This document shows, in pieces, positions 51,738 to 61,689 of a DNA stretch of 64,000 nt. The position numbers and the translations under genes are program-made. The stretch comes from an uncultured Pseudomonadota bacterium (GTDB lineage: Bacteria; Myxococcota_A; Polyangia; Fen-1088), in the NCBI GenBank assembly GCA_963847705.1, contig CAWKBC010000021.1, positions 64,001 through 128,000 on the forward strand, in the 5' to 3' direction. Every line of letters begins with the position of its first letter. The stretch's first letter is position 1. The notes beneath the pieces were generated by a model, which did no database searches, had not been told where the DNA came from, and saw only the letters and a list, made by a program, of their open reading frames with translations.

Positions 51738-52118
51738 TCAGTTGTTCAATTGGAGCGAATCGTTCAGCGTCTTGACCCTGTCGAGCGCCGCCTGGGCCTC
51801 GAGCTTCTCGGTGCCCTCGCGGGTCAGCGCCAGCGACAGGTCGGCGTCGGCCCGGGCCCGCAGCAAGAGGCGGGTCGACATCGGCCGCTCCTCCTCGGTG
51901 GTCAATTTGCGGGCATGTTCAAACTGCTCCTTGGCCAGCTCCAGATGAAGGGCAGCCTCGGGGTTGTGGGCAGCCCCGACCTCTTCGGCGGCGCGGATCG
52001 CGCCCGAGCTGTCCTCCGCCCCCAAGCTGGGCACGGCAGCCACCGGGGCGGTGCTGGTCGTCGCACAAGCTCCTTGAAACACAAATGCCGCGATCGGGAT
52101 CCAGAGTCGCAGTGTCAT
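51738..52118 (-). CDS. DUF4398 lipoprotein
   Basis: QGAC lipobox, AIRAAEEVGA, LHL.LAKE, RARADADL. Confidence 0.8.
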   Translation of the reverse strand: MTLRLWIPIAAFVFQGACATTSTAPVAAVPSLGAEDSSGAIRAAEEVGAAHNPEAALHLELAKEQFEHARKLTTEEERPMSTRLLLRARADADLSLALTREGTEKLEAQAALDRVKTLNDSLQLNN

Positions 52119-52210
52119 GATGATTTTCTCCTCGAGATGAAGGCGCACGTTGCGGCCAGAGCAATAGCGCGACCAGGGCACCGGCTTCGTCCGGATGCCC
52201 CCCCGCCCGA

Positions 52211-52228
52211 CGTAGTGGTTTTCCCTAT
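52211..52228 (-). promoter_or_regulatory. Island box 2 (head of the long minus-strand operon)
   Basis: atagggaaaaccactacg-N16-ccggacg-N17-gcgcTATTGC. Confidence 0.7.
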
Positions 52229-52294
52229 TCGCCGCCCTGGCGGGCGCGCGATCCCGGAGCACCAGGCCAGGAAGCCGTCGGCGTCGGATGGCAG

Positions 52295-52312
52295 GCAAGG
52301 GAAAACCTTACG
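52295..52312 (+). promoter_or_regulatory. Island box 3 (no matching -10)
   Basis: gcaagggaaaaccttacg; gagc at +41 but no TA at +45. Confidence 0.45.
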
Positions 52313-52349
52313 TCGCGGTGGGCGACGTCCCGTGCGGGCTCCTGGAGTG

Positions 52350-53028
52350 TCAGAGCGTCGAGGGCTTCGGGCCAAGCCCCCGGGCCAGGCTTTGCACACC
52401 GTCCAGGGCGGCCGATGCCAACCCGCGCACCGTGTTCGCCGCGTCGACAGCCTGCCCGAGATCGGTGAGATTCCTCGACGGCCCTGAGGCCGACCAGCAA
52501 CGACGCCAGGCTCTGCGCGGTCTCGGCGTGCAGCTCGTAAGCGATGCGCCTCCGCTCCTTCTCCTGGGCCGCGAGCGCGTCGTTCAAGAGGGCGCGAATG
52601 GTCTCTTCGGCGCACAAGACGTGCGTGACGGTTGCCAGCAGGAACTCGAGATCCCGTGTCTGGGCTTCCGTCCTGCGGCGAGACGTGACGTCGAGCGCGG
52701 AGGTCAGCAGCGCTGGGCGCCCGCGAAAGGTGACTCCGAACGAGAAGACCTCCACGTAGACGAGCGACCCGTCCTTCCTGCGATGCTTCCAGACGACGCG
52801 TCCGTTCTCGGCGACCTTCTCCCCGGGCGCTTCGCTCGGCTCCAGAGCGTCGATGGTCATGGCGAGAAACTCGTCCCGCGAGTAACCATACTGCAGCACC
52901 GCTGCCCGGTTGACGTCGACCACGTTCGCGAGCTCGACCACCCACATCGGTTGGCTGTTCTCCTCGAACAGGCGGCGGCAGTCGGTCTGAGCCTCCGACC
53001 ATCCAGGCTCGACCCTCTCCTGGGTCAT
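52350..53028 (-). CDS. Shortened kinase paralogue: PAS + HisKA_3 without ATPase domain; apparent +1 frameshift at 52469-52473
   Basis: Colinear with 47483-48874 (GWSEAQTDCRRLFEEN, ERRRIAYELH); removing one base of GATTC gives VEDLTDLGQAVDAANTVRGL..SLARGLGPKPSTL* (226 codons). Confidence 0.7.
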
Positions 53029-53132
53029 CCCTGGAACCTCTCGAGACTCCCTGAATACACGTCCATATCGTCCCCGTCACTTTGTTGTAACGGCTCGAGC
53101 TGTTGGTTTCCCTGGGGAAACGCCGCCACCTC

Positions 53133-53150
53133 TGTAGTGGTTTCCCCGCG
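53133..53150 (-). promoter_or_regulatory. Island box 4 (upstream of shortened kinase)
   Basis: cgcggggaaaccactaca; TACAAC at +44. Confidence 0.6.
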
Positions 53151-53294
53151 TCCGCGTTTTTAACGGGCACGGTTTCGCCGATGAGTGCTGGCCAGCCGAT
53201 CACCCGACCGACCGACAAAGTGCCGCGGGCGTGCGTCGCCATTTCGGTCCCCGTACGGCGCTCGCGGGCAGAGCGCCAGCGGTAAACGGTCGAG

Positions 53295-53312
53295 GGGGGG
53301 GAATCCCTTACA
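53295..53312 (+). promoter_or_regulatory. Island box 5 (upstream of lmo0937-family gene)
   Basis: gggggggaatcccttaca-N15-ccggatt; TATTGC at +45 (53357). Confidence 0.65.
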
Positions 53313-53398
53313 GACCGCTCTGGTCTTCCGGATTGGTCTTCGTGAGCGCCCCTGCGTATTGCTGAGGCGGCTGAACTACCACGAAAAGGGGAACGACG

Positions 53399-53548
53399 AT
53401 GCTTTGGACAATTGCTGTGATCTTGTTGGTGCTCTGGGGGCTCGGGTTGGTGACCTCTTACACGATAGGCGGATACATCCACATCCTGCTGGTCGTGGCG
53501 GTCATCGTCGTCATCATCCGCGTGATCCAGGGAAGGCGCGTCCTATGA
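53399..53548 (+). CDS. lmo0937-family (DUF5670) small membrane protein, not in the ORF track
   Basis: MLWTIAVILLVLWGLGLVTSYTIGGYIHILLVVAVIVVIIRVIQGRRVL (49 aa); aagggg RBS. Confidence 0.9.
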   Translation: MLWTIAVILLVLWGLGLVTSYTIGGYIHILLVVAVIVVIIRVIQGRRVL

Positions 53549-53856
53549 CGACTCTGATGAAGAGGCTCATGACGGCGGTGTTGCTGCTGGCTTTCGCCGG
53601 CGCCCCCTCCCTGGCAAGGGCGGGAACGATCAACAGCGTGCCTTCCGCACCGGCAGCCTCCGTCGAGACGCCGGGTGAGACGCCGGCCAGCTCTGCGCCG
53701 GCCAGCGCCAGACCGGGCGAGACCGCCGATTACGCCGCGCGAGAAGCGACGGCGCCTCAGCTCGGCAACTTCCGGGGTGGGAGCGCGGTGATCTTCATCG
53801 GCGGCGGAACTGTGCTGATCGTGCTGATCATCATCCTCATCGTCTTGGTGCTCTAG
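53545..53856 (+). CDS. Small exported protein with C-terminal TM
   Basis: Signal peptide, DYAARE...L.NFRGG, hydrophobic tail; ATGA overlap. Confidence 0.7.
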   Translation: MTTLMKRLMTAVLLLAFAGAPSLARAGTINSVPSAPAASVETPGETPASSAPASARPGETADYAAREATAPQLGNFRGGSAVIFIGGGTVLIVLIIILIVLVL

Positions 53857-54191
53857 CTCCTGGTGGACGACAATGTCATACGGCCGTGCGCCGGAGGCGT
53901 TCCGCGGCTCTCGCTGGTGGGATGTCTCTCGGTGTGCGGCTGCTATGCCGGTTCGGCCCGCAGCGCGACGGCGGCGGAGCTCGGCACCGGGCTGCGCGTC
54001 GACAGCCGTGAATGGTCCCGACCGGTCAGGGGGCATATGTGAGGGGCGGTCGCACTCTCTTGCGGCCAGCGGAGGAATCAATGTTTCTGCTCCATGGAGC
54101 GCTCGCGATAGCCGGGCCCTCGCCAGTAGGAAGGTCCCAGCGACGGCTGGACCGCCGACCATTGACGGCCACAAATCAACAGGAGAATCCA

Positions 54192-54389
54192 ATGAAAACC
54201 AATCTGCGCAGGACCGCCGAGCTCGGCGAGGTGGTGGCGGCGGCGTTCGACAACGCCGCGGATTACAGCGCCAATCCCCGGAGGGTGTCGCGTCTGGTCA
54301 CGCGGGCCGTCGCGGTCATGCTGCGAAACCAGCAGATACGCACGGCGTCCTCACGCTGGCCGTTGTTCATCGTCAGAGAGCAATCATGA
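54192..54389 (+). CDS. Small hypothetical protein (65 aa)
   Basis: aggag RBS, MKTNLRRTAELGEVVAAAFD..; ATGA overlap with YceI gene. Confidence 0.65.
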   Translation: MKTNLRRTAELGEVVAAAFDNAADYSANPRRVSRLVTRAVAVMLRNQQIRTASSRWPLFIVREQS

Positions 54390-55039
54390 TCAGGCGAGTG
54401 GCCTCGGCCGTGCTGGCCGCCGGCGCGTTCGTTCTCCTGGTGGCCATGCCGACCAGAGGTGGCCAGGGAGCCGGCCGCGCGCTCTCGCTGGTGGTCGCGC
54501 CCGGGGCCTCCCTCGAGCTGGACGGGGATTCGAGCCTGCACCGCTACAGCGCCAAGGCGCATGGAATGGAAGCCGGGGTCGGTCTCGACAGCGCCCGGCT
54601 GCCGACGGCGGTCGAGGCGTCGGACCTGGAGGGTCTGGTTCGCGGACACTTCATCAAGACGTTCCGCCTCTCCGTTCCCGTCGATCAGCTGAGCTCGGGT
54701 GAAAAGGGCCTGGACGCCAACATGCGCAAGGCGCTCAAAGGCGATCGCTACAAGCAGATCCGGTTCCAGATGGATTCGTACGAGGTGGTGGGGCCGCCGG
54801 GGAAGGCCACGCTCACGGTCGTCCTGCACGGCCGTCTGAGCCTGGCCGGTGTCGAGCGGAAGATCGACGTCACCGCCGCGGGCGTCCGGGTCCACGACGG
54901 CCTGGCGATCAGCGGGAGCAAGGACCTCTTGATGACCGACTACCAGATCAAGCCGCCCACCATGATGCTCGGGGCGATCAAGACCAAAGACCTCATCACG
55001 GTGAAGTTCAACGCGACGTTGGAGAGAGAGAAGACCTAG
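54386..55039 (+). CDS. YceI family periplasmic protein
   Basis: Signal peptide, GDSSLH, VPVDQLSSG..GLD.NM, G.LSLAGV, MTDY.IKPP. Confidence 0.85.
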   Translation: MIRRVASAVLAAGAFVLLVAMPTRGGQGAGRALSLVVAPGASLELDGDSSLHRYSAKAHGMEAGVGLDSARLPTAVEASDLEGLVRGHFIKTFRLSVPVDQLSSGEKGLDANMRKALKGDRYKQIRFQMDSYEVVGPPGKATLTVVLHGRLSLAGVERKIDVTAAGVRVHDGLAISGSKDLLMTDYQIKPPTMMLGAIKTKDLITVKFNATLEREKT

Positions 55040-56352
55040 TGAAACTCAAAGTGGCCGCGCTGATGGTGGTCGGTCTCGGCTTGGCGGTGGCCTCGCGGGC
55101 CTTTGCCGAGATCGCGGTCGTCACCACCGACGACGCAGAGGTCGACTTCGGCGGGATGGTGCAGCTCCTGGGCTTCGCGCAGCACCTGGACGACCCCTAC
55201 AAGAACGACGATCGGGTCTACCTGTTCATGAACCGGGCCCGCCTGCGCCTGTCGGGCCACTACGACCGCGTCTCCTTCTATACGGAGATGGGGCTCGGCG
55301 GCGAGGACGCCGTGGTGGCGACGACCGGCGTCTCGCTCAGCCTGCTCGACTTCGCCTTCAACATTCCGCTCGGGTACGGCCGGACGACCTACCTCAAGAT
55401 CGGCCAGTTCAAGGTCCCCTACGGCCGCGAGCAGCTCACCTACGAGGGCAACTTTCAGTTTGCCGATCGGTCGATCAACAACCTCGGCTTCATCGTCGGC
55501 CGGGACGTGGGGGCGGCGGTGGTCTCGCACCCCGGGCTCTTCACCCTGATCGGCGGCGTCTTCACCGGCGGCGGGCGCGACGTGCCGCCGGACCACTACC
55601 TCCCCGAGAAGCTGGGCGTCCCGCTCTTCGCCGCCCGCGCCGGCATCGGCAACTTCGACGACGACCCGTTCTACCTGTCGCAGGACGCCACCGGGTTCCG
55701 CGGTCTGGTCGACCGCCAGCTGAGGGGCGCGTTCTTCGTCAACGCCCTCTACACCAAGGACACGCTGATCGGCCACTCCACGGTCCTCAACGTCAAGCTG
55801 GCCGACAAGTCGCTGCTGCTCGACAGCAACTGGAACCCGTACATCGCCGAGGCGCCCTTCAGTCAAGGGACCTGGTGGCAGGCGGGCGCCGACGCCGCGG
55901 GGCAGGTGGCGCTGCGCGCCGTCGAGCTGACGGGCCAGGCGGCCTTCGACTTCGGCAAGTACTCGAACGGCTACGGCGCCGTTCAGATGTGGGGTGTCCG
56001 GGCGCAGGGGGCCGTGTGCTACCGGGTGTTCGAGGTGGCCATTCGCTACGCGATGCTGGTCCCCGACAGCAACTTCGCCTACGCCACCGTGCCGCTCACC
56101 GGCTCCGAGCCGATCCAGGAGATCACCACCAGCGCCACCTGGTTCATCCGCGGGCAGCGCCTCAAGCTCCTGGCCGACCTCCCCATCATCATTCATGACC
56201 CGGTGTTCACCGAGGCCAACGTCGGCAGCTATGCGGCGACCGATCTTCCGGACCAGGCGACCGTGCTGGCGACGGCCGGGGTTCCGAACGGGAACACCGT
56301 CACCCGACAGAACGTGTTCGAGGCCCGGCTCATGATGCAGGCGCAATTCTGA
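55039..56352 (+). CDS. Porin (OprO/OprP-like)
   Basis: Signal peptide, RARLRLSG, GQFKVPYGRE, QFADRS, GRDVG, C-terminal F. Confidence 0.8.
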   Translation: MKLKVAALMVVGLGLAVASRAFAEIAVVTTDDAEVDFGGMVQLLGFAQHLDDPYKNDDRVYLFMNRARLRLSGHYDRVSFYTEMGLGGEDAVVATTGVSLSLLDFAFNIPLGYGRTTYLKIGQFKVPYGREQLTYEGNFQFADRSINNLGFIVGRDVGAAVVSHPGLFTLIGGVFTGGGRDVPPDHYLPEKLGVPLFAARAGIGNFDDDPFYLSQDATGFRGLVDRQLRGAFFVNALYTKDTLIGHSTVLNVKLADKSLLLDSNWNPYIAEAPFSQGTWWQAGADAAGQVALRAVELTGQAAFDFGKYSNGYGAVQMWGVRAQGAVCYRVFEVAIRYAMLVPDSNFAYATVPLTGSEPIQEITTSATWFIRGQRLKLLADLPIIIHDPVFTEANVGSYAATDLPDQATVLATAGVPNGNTVTRQNVFEARLMMQAQF

Positions 56353-56458
56353 GCGCGGACCCGGGCCGGCAATCCTCCTTTCGGTGATCGCCGGCGGAGC
56401 GGTGGCGCGCGCGGGGACGCCGATGTCGATGGCCGGCCCGCCGCGCCGAGGGGAGCGG

Positions 56459-56689
56459 TCAGCGTTTCGGCGCGCGGGCCTCTGCGATCAGCTCCGCCTT
56501 GGCGGCCGCCGAATCTTCCTCGTCACGTCCATGCGCAGAGCCGCGAGCGACGAACTTCTCGTAGGCGCGCCTGGCGATCGCCTCGTCCGCCACGGTCTCG
56601 GGTTGGACGAGGTGCACGACGGCGGCGACGGGCATCGGCAGCGGGCCGTTGGTGCGTGATGGGTTGGGGGGGAACTTGTGGTCCGACAT
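56459..56689 (-). CDS. DUF2934 domain protein
   Basis: IARRAYE...RG..HG.DEED...A..EL; the usual Trp reads Ser here. Confidence 0.75.
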   Translation of the reverse strand: MSDHKFPPNPSRTNGPLPMPVAAVVHLVQPETVADEAIARRAYEKFVARGSAHGRDEEDSAAAKAELIAEARAPKR

Positions 56690-56787
56690 GGTGGCCTTCT
56701 TTCGCGGTGTGGAGTGCGGAGCGGATGATTCGTGCTCAATGAACTCTCCCGCGCCCAGCGCCGGCACTCTGGACAACCCGGGACGAC

Positions 56788-56805
56788 CGTAAGGACTTAC
56801 CCGAA
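56788..56805 (-). promoter_or_regulatory. Island box 6 (faces DUF2934 gene)
   Basis: ttcgggtaagtccttacg; weak -10 (TTCATT at +45). Confidence 0.55.
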
Positions 56806-56816
56806 CGCGATGGCTT

Positions 56817-56834
56817 GTCGGGGAAAACACTACG
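56817..56834 (+). promoter_or_regulatory. Island box 7
   Basis: gtcggggaaaacactacg-N16-ccggaca-N17-gagcTATACC. Confidence 0.7.
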
Positions 56835-56899
56835 TGGGGCGCGGGTGGCCCCGGACAAGTTCCCCGTTTGGCGCGAGCTATACCCCGCCGGGGGGCGTG

Positions 56900-57157
56900 A
56901 TGGTTTCTACCAGCTTGATCATTGCAGCGATGTCGGACGGTCGTCCGGGACGGTTCTACAGCGTCGACGAGCTCGCCTCCGTGCTCCGCGTCCCGGACAA
57001 GGCGGAGCTGCACGAGCAACTGCGAACCATGGCCGGCGATCCCGACATCCACAGCGCCTTCAAGCTGCTCCAGGGTTCGTCGGACGACTTCTACCGGCGC
57101 CTCTCTTTCGCTCCCATCCTCACGCTCTGCGCGCCGTGGGAGTCGAACGCCAGCTAG
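56900..57157 (+). CDS. Small hypothetical protein
   Basis: GC3-biased ORF directly downstream of the box-7 promoter; start uncertain. Confidence 0.55.
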   Translation: MVSTSLIIAAMSDGRPGRFYSVDELASVLRVPDKAELHEQLRTMAGDPDIHSAFKLLQGSSDDFYRRLSFAPILTLCAPWESNAS

Positions 57158-57234
57158 GGCGCCTTCGGGCGCCACGCCGTCGGGCCAGGTTGTCGTTCGC
57201 TCCGCTCACCGTCGCCTTTCGGCGACGCCCTCCT
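57158..57234 (+). repeat. Structured intergenic repeat, copy C
   Basis: ggcgcc-TTCG-ggcgcc, acgccgtcgggc, ttcgctccgctcaccgtcgcctttcggcgacgccctcct; 3' half nearly identical to copy B. Confidence 0.75.
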
Positions 57235-57237
57235 GGC

Positions 57238-57987
57238 GTGCGGCTGGTCGTCGTCACGGTGGCCGTGGGGCTCCTCCTCGGCTCCGGGCGACCCGGAGTG
57301 GCCGCGGACGGCCCCGATGGAGGCGTGCCGAGAGTCGCGCCGCACGCGGACGGCCCGGCCGGGGCGTTCCTCGGACCGCTGAAGAAGCCGGACGAATCCG
57401 ATCCCGAGCGCCGCTATCCGCTCAAGCCGGGCGCGAACGGCAGCCTCGTCTACGAGGCGCCGCAGTTCTCCGCGGTGGTGGCGCCGGACGGAACCGTGAC
57501 GTTTCAGGATCGGCGGCTCGCCTATTCGGCGCGCAAGGCGACGTTCAGCTTCGACCTCTCCGATGAGTTCGCGCGCGAGCTCGCCCACGGAACCGCCTAT
57601 CCGTACCCCAAGGCCAACTTTCTTGCTGCGACGTTCAAGCGCCGCATGGAGATGGGCGCCGAGGTGAATTCCCGGCAGATGCGCGCGGCGCGGACCGAGC
57701 TGCCGCGCCAGCTCGACGGGCTCTGGGACGACACGCGCTACCGGCGACGAGAGCGCCGGCGGATCGTCTTCCTGCTCTGGCAGGAGCTCGACAGGTCCAC
57801 CGCGGACGGGCGCTCCAGCTCGACGGCCATCGAGGCGTGGATTCGCAAGCGCCTGCCCCGCGGCTCGCCCGACGCCTACAACGACCAGGAGCTCGACGCC
57901 TATGCTCACGAGCGCAAGGGCGGACCCGCGTTCAATCCCTACGGATTGCCCGGGTCAGCGTTGGAAATGCGCTCGCCGTCGCCGTAG
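57238..57987 (+). CDS. Hypothetical exported protein
   Basis: Hydrophobic leader, GC3-biased globular region (F.A.VAPDGTVTF.D, LF.LW.E, FNPY). Confidence 0.6.
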   Translation: MRLVVVTVAVGLLLGSGRPGVAADGPDGGVPRVAPHADGPAGAFLGPLKKPDESDPERRYPLKPGANGSLVYEAPQFSAVVAPDGTVTFQDRRLAYSARKATFSFDLSDEFARELAHGTAYPYPKANFLAATFKRRMEMGAEVNSRQMRAARTELPRQLDGLWDDTRYRRRERRRIVFLLWQELDRSTADGRSSSTAIEAWIRKRLPRGSPDAYNDQELDAYAHERKGGPAFNPYGLPGSALEMRSPSP

Positions 57988-58015
57988 GTCGAGCGCCGCG
58001 CGCCAGCGGCCGCGC

Positions 58016-58033
58016 AGGGGGAGATCCCCTACC
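58016..58033 (+). promoter_or_regulatory. Island box 8 (no convincing downstream gene)
   Basis: agggggagatcccctacc-N16-ccgagtg; TACTTC at +45 (58078). Confidence 0.55.
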
Positions 58034-58205
58034 AGCGGTGAGGGTTGTTCCGAGTGACCTCGGCTCACCGCTGCTGGTACTTCAAGGACGGTGCCTGATT
58101 CGCACCTTTCGGGGCGTGGTGGGGCATCGCCGGAGTGGGATCCCTCCCGCCTCGGCGATGCGGGGGGGTTGCCCGCTGACAGCAGGCGCTCGCTGACAGG
58201 CGGGT

Positions 58206-60074
58206 TCAGGCGGTCGCGGCCACTGGTCCCAGGATCACGGCCAGCTCGTCCCGCTCCAGCGTCTCGTGCTCGAGGAGCGCGGTCACCAGGCGATCCAGCT
58301 CTCCCCGACGCTGCGCCAGCATCCCCGACGCTTCTTCCAGCGCGCGCGCCAGGACCCGCCGGGCCTCCTCCTCGATGACGGTGATCGTCGACGAGCTGGT
58401 CCCGCTCTCGCTGCCGATGCGCTGGCCCAGGAAGGGGTGCTCCGCTTCGTGCTCGTAATAGACCGGGCCCAGGCGCTCGCTCATTCCGTAGTGGGCCATC
58501 ATGTGGGAGGCGAGGCGCGTCGCCTCCTTGAGGTCGTTCTCGGCGCCGGTCGAGATGCTTCCCAGGACCAGACGCTCAGAGGCGTAGCCGCCCATGAGGA
58601 CGCGCAGGCGCGACTCCAGCTCCGCCTGCGCCATCAGGTGGCGATCCTCGCCGGGGCTCTGCTGCGTGGCCCCCAGGGCCATCCCGCGCGGGATGATGGT
58701 CACCCGGTGCAGCGGCTCCGCGTCGGCCGAGAAGCGGGCCACCACGGCGTGTCCCGATTCGTGAACTGCCACCCGGCGCTTCTCCTTGGCGTCCAGCTTC
58801 GCCTCGCGCAGATCGCCGAGCACGATCTTGTCGAAGGCCTCGGCGAAGTCGTCGGCGGCGATGGCGTCCCGGGCCTTGCGCGTCGCCGACAACGCCGCCT
58901 CGTTGACCAGGTTGGCCAGATCCGCGCCGGAAAACCCGGGCGTATTTTGGGCCACGACGTCCAGGTTGACGTCGGGTGCCAGCGGCTTGCCCTTGGTGTG
59001 AACGCCCAGGATCGCCTTGCGCGCCTGCAGCTCGGGCCGGTCGACCAGGATGCGCCGGTCGAAGCGCCCGGGTCGCAGCAGCGCCGGGTCGAGCACGTCC
59101 GGGCGGTTGGTCGCCGCGATGACGACGACCAGATCGGTTCGATCGAAGCCGTCCATCTCGGAGAGCAGCTGGTTCAACGTCTGCTCGCGCTCGTCGTTGC
59201 CGCCCCCGAGACCGGTGCCCCGCGAGCGGCCGACGGCGTCGATCTCGTCGATGAACACGATGGTGGGCGCGCTCTTCTTGGCCTCCTTGAAGAGATCGCG
59301 CACGCGCGCCGCCCCCAGGCCCACGAACATCTCGATGAACTCCGACCCGCTGATGGAGAAGAACGGAACGCCCGACTCGCCGGCCACCGCGCGGGCCAGC
59401 AGCGTCTTGCCGGTGCCCGGCGGGCCGGCCAGGAGAACGCCGCGGGGAACCTTGCCGCCCAACCGCTGGAACCGCTCCGGCTCCTTGAGAAACTGGACGA
59501 TCTCCTGCAGGTCCGACTTGGCCGCCTTCAGCCCGGCGATGTCGTTGAAGGTGACGTTCACCGAGGTCGCCTTGTCGAACTTGCGGCTCTGGTTCTTGAT
59601 GAGGCCCCCGAGGGGGCCGCCCGCGCCCAGCATCCCCTTGGCGCGCTTGGAGATCCAGAACCAGGCCGCGATGATCAGCGCCCAGGGGAGCAGCGTGAAC
59701 AGGATCTGGACGGCGAACGGCTGCCGCTGGCTGCGGACGGTGATGCGCACCCCCTTTTGCCGCAGCAGCGGGAGCAGCTGGGAATCGTTGGGCGGGACGT
59801 CGAGCTGGAGGTCTTTGATCTGCCGGCCATCGACCGTCTCGGGGCTCTTCAAGGTGGCGGAGACCAGCTCGCCGTCGAGCACGACCGACTCGACCTTCCC
59901 CTGCTCGATCCACTGGTAAAGCTGCGAGTAGGCGACGGGCGGCTGCGCGGTCCCCTCGGAGTAGCTCTTCCAGAGCCACATCCCCACCAGCATCAGCGGA
60001 AGAATCAGCATCGTCCGGCGCGAGGGGCCCGGGGTGGGCGCCACTCCCGTCGGCGGTCGGCGGTCGTTGTCCAT
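58206..60074 (-). CDS. ftsH: ATP-dependent zinc metalloprotease FtsH
   Basis: Two TMs, [36 protein letters not shown]. Confidence 0.95.
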   Translation of the reverse strand: MDNDRRPPTGVAPTPGPSRRTMLILPLMLVGMWLWKSYSEGTAQPPVAYSQLYQWIEQGKVESVVLDGELVSATLKSPETVDGRQIKDLQLDVPPNDSQLLPLLRQKGVRITVRSQRQPFAVQILFTLLPWALIIAAWFWISKRAKGMLGAGGPLGGLIKNQSRKFDKATSVNVTFNDIAGLKAAKSDLQEIVQFLKEPERFQRLGGKVPRGVLLAGPPGTGKTLLARAVAGESGVPFFSISGSEFIEMFVGLGAARVRDLFKEAKKSAPTIVFIDEIDAVGRSRGTGLGGGNDEREQTLNQLLSEMDGFDRTDLVVVIAATNRPDVLDPALLRPGRFDRRILVDRPELQARKAILGVHTKGKPLAPDVNLDVVAQNTPGFSGADLANLVNEAALSATRKARDAIAADDFAEAFDKIVLGDLREAKLDAKEKRRVAVHESGHAVVARFSADAEPLHRVTIIPRGMALGATQQSPGEDRHLMAQAELESRLRVLMGGYASERLVLGSISTGAENDLKEATRLASHMMAHYGMSERLGPVYYEHEAEHPFLGQRIGSESGTSSSTITVIEEEARRVLARALEEASGMLAQRRGELDRLVTALLEHETLERDELAVILGPVAATA

Positions 60075-60138
60075 GCGCGGGTTCTAGCGCCTGGCCGGCG
60101 CTTGCGCTCTCCGGGAGTGATGACCGGCCGGCGAGGTT

Positions 60139-60156
60139 GGGGGGGAAACCCTGACG
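60139..60156 (+). promoter_or_regulatory. Island box 9
   Basis: gggggggaaaccctgacg; TACTCG at +45 (60201). Confidence 0.6.
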
Positions 60157-60230
60157 AACGGCGAGGGTCCTTCGGCGTGACCTCGGCTGGACAGACCTGC
60201 TACTCGTCGCCTCCGAGGGGAGACACCGCA

Positions 60231-60386
60231 ATGGAGAAGGTGAGTGGCAGAGCCAAAGGCAGGTTCAAGCGCCTGGCCGATCAGATGGAAAGCACTCTGA
60301 AAGACATCGCCTACGACGCCCGCCTGGTCGCCAAGACCGTCACGAAATTGGTGAAGGGTCTCTTGAACGGCCAGCACCGACCATAG
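60231..60386 (+). CDS. Small basic hypothetical protein (51 aa)
   Basis: MEKVSGRAKGRFKRLADQMESTLKDIAYDARLVAKTVTKLVKGLLNGQHRP; gaggggag RBS; downstream of box 9. Confidence 0.55.
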   Translation: MEKVSGRAKGRFKRLADQMESTLKDIAYDARLVAKTVTKLVKGLLNGQHRP

Positions 60387-60535
60387 CGGCTCGTGAACTG
60401 TTTTCAGGCCGTCAGCTGACCGCCAAAGGGATCTCGACCACCGAGGTCCAGGTTGGGGCGAGCCCGCCCCCACCATGAAATCGAGGCGGCTCACGCTGGC
60501 CAGCCTCGACGCTGGGCGTCCGGGCTCGCCGACTG

Positions 60536-61621
60536 TTACTTGTCTGACCCGAGCGGCAACTCCAGCGCAAAGACACAACCCTTCGCAGGGAGGTTGCGCA
60601 CGCGGAGCTCTCCGCCGACCGCGCGGACACTTTGCCGGCTGACGGCCAGGCCGAGGCCCAACCCCGATCGGTCGATGTTCCGCTGTTCGAAGGACTGGAA
60701 CAGGCCCTCTTCGTCGCCGGGTGGCAGGCCGCCGCATTCGTCTTCGACCTCGATGCAGACCCTCTCACCCGCGATCTCCGCCACCCGCAGGCAGATGGTG
60801 CTGCCGGGCGCCGAGAACTTGAAGGCGTTGCGCAGCAGGTTGACGACGGCGCCCACCACCAGCAGTCGATCGGTCTCGATCTGGAGCGTCTCGTCCAGCT
60901 GGGAGACCTCCAGCCTGAACCCGCGCGCGGCCGCCTCGATCGTCGCCACGACCTGGATCTCCTCCATCAGCTCGGCGACCCAGACGCGCTCGCGGGCGAA
61001 GACGCCGGTGGCCGCCCGAACCTGGGCCACCGATCGGTCCACCACGTCGGCGATCGAGTTCAAGGTCCGCTCGAGGACGGCGCCGGTGCTGCCGCCGATC
61101 CCGACCTTTCCTTGCTTGAGCACATGGAACGTCAGCTTGGCGGTGCTGACCAGGTTGTTCAGCTCATGGGCCAGGAAGCCGGTTCGCTCATTTTCCTGCT
61201 CGGACTGCTGGCGGGCGCGCTGGCGTTCGAACTCGGTGACCGCCTGAGCGATCGCGAAGTCCAAACACTTGTTCAAGGTGCGAAAGTCGTCCGAGGATAT
61301 GGTCTTGTCCAGATCGACCGCCAGCTCCGTGATCGCCTGGCAAACGTCGCCATAGTCGTGGACCAGCTGGTCGACCGTGAACCCGATTCTCATCCGCTTT
61401 GCGCCGTGACTGGCCGCGGTCCGTCCGAGGTCGGGATCGCCGACCGAGCCACGCAACTCGTGCGCTTTCAGGACGGCCATGAGCTGCTCGAGGAACAGCG
61501 GAACCCCCGTCTCCATTTCGGCTTCGGTCGGCCGCGGCGCCATCCGAACCGCCACCTTCTGCCGTGTCAGGGCCACGATTTCTGCGCGGTGAAGAAAGAT
61601 GAAGTCGTGGAGCACGCGCAT
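60536..61621 (-). CDS. Cytoplasmic histidine kinase (HisKA + HATPase) with helical N-terminal domain
   Basis: HG...GF..DQLVHDYGDVCQAIT, FLAHELNN, NLLRNAFKF, EDECGG, GLGLGL. Confidence 0.88.
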   Translation of the reverse strand: MRVLHDFIFLHRAEIVALTRQKVAVRMAPRPTEAEMETGVPLFLEQLMAVLKAHELRGSVGDPDLGRTAASHGAKRMRIGFTVDQLVHDYGDVCQAITELAVDLDKTISSDDFRTLNKCLDFAIAQAVTEFERQRARQQSEQENERTGFLAHELNNLVSTAKLTFHVLKQGKVGIGGSTGAVLERTLNSIADVVDRSVAQVRAATGVFARERVWVAELMEEIQVVATIEAAARGFRLEVSQLDETLQIETDRLLVVGAVVNLLRNAFKFSAPGSTICLRVAEIAGERVCIEVEDECGGLPPGDEEGLFQSFEQRNIDRSGLGLGLAVSRQSVRAVGGELRVRNLPAKGCVFALELPLGSDK

Positions 61622-61689
61622 ACGATAAGCATCGCGGCCTCCGGTAGTTCGCCCCGATACACGATTGAAGGCACTCGTGACCCCCGGCG

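Noticed and set aside
56353-56446. Long GC-rich inverted repeat between the porin and DUF2934 genes
   Set aside because: Consistent with an ordinary hairpin between convergent genes; unrelated to the three-copy repeat
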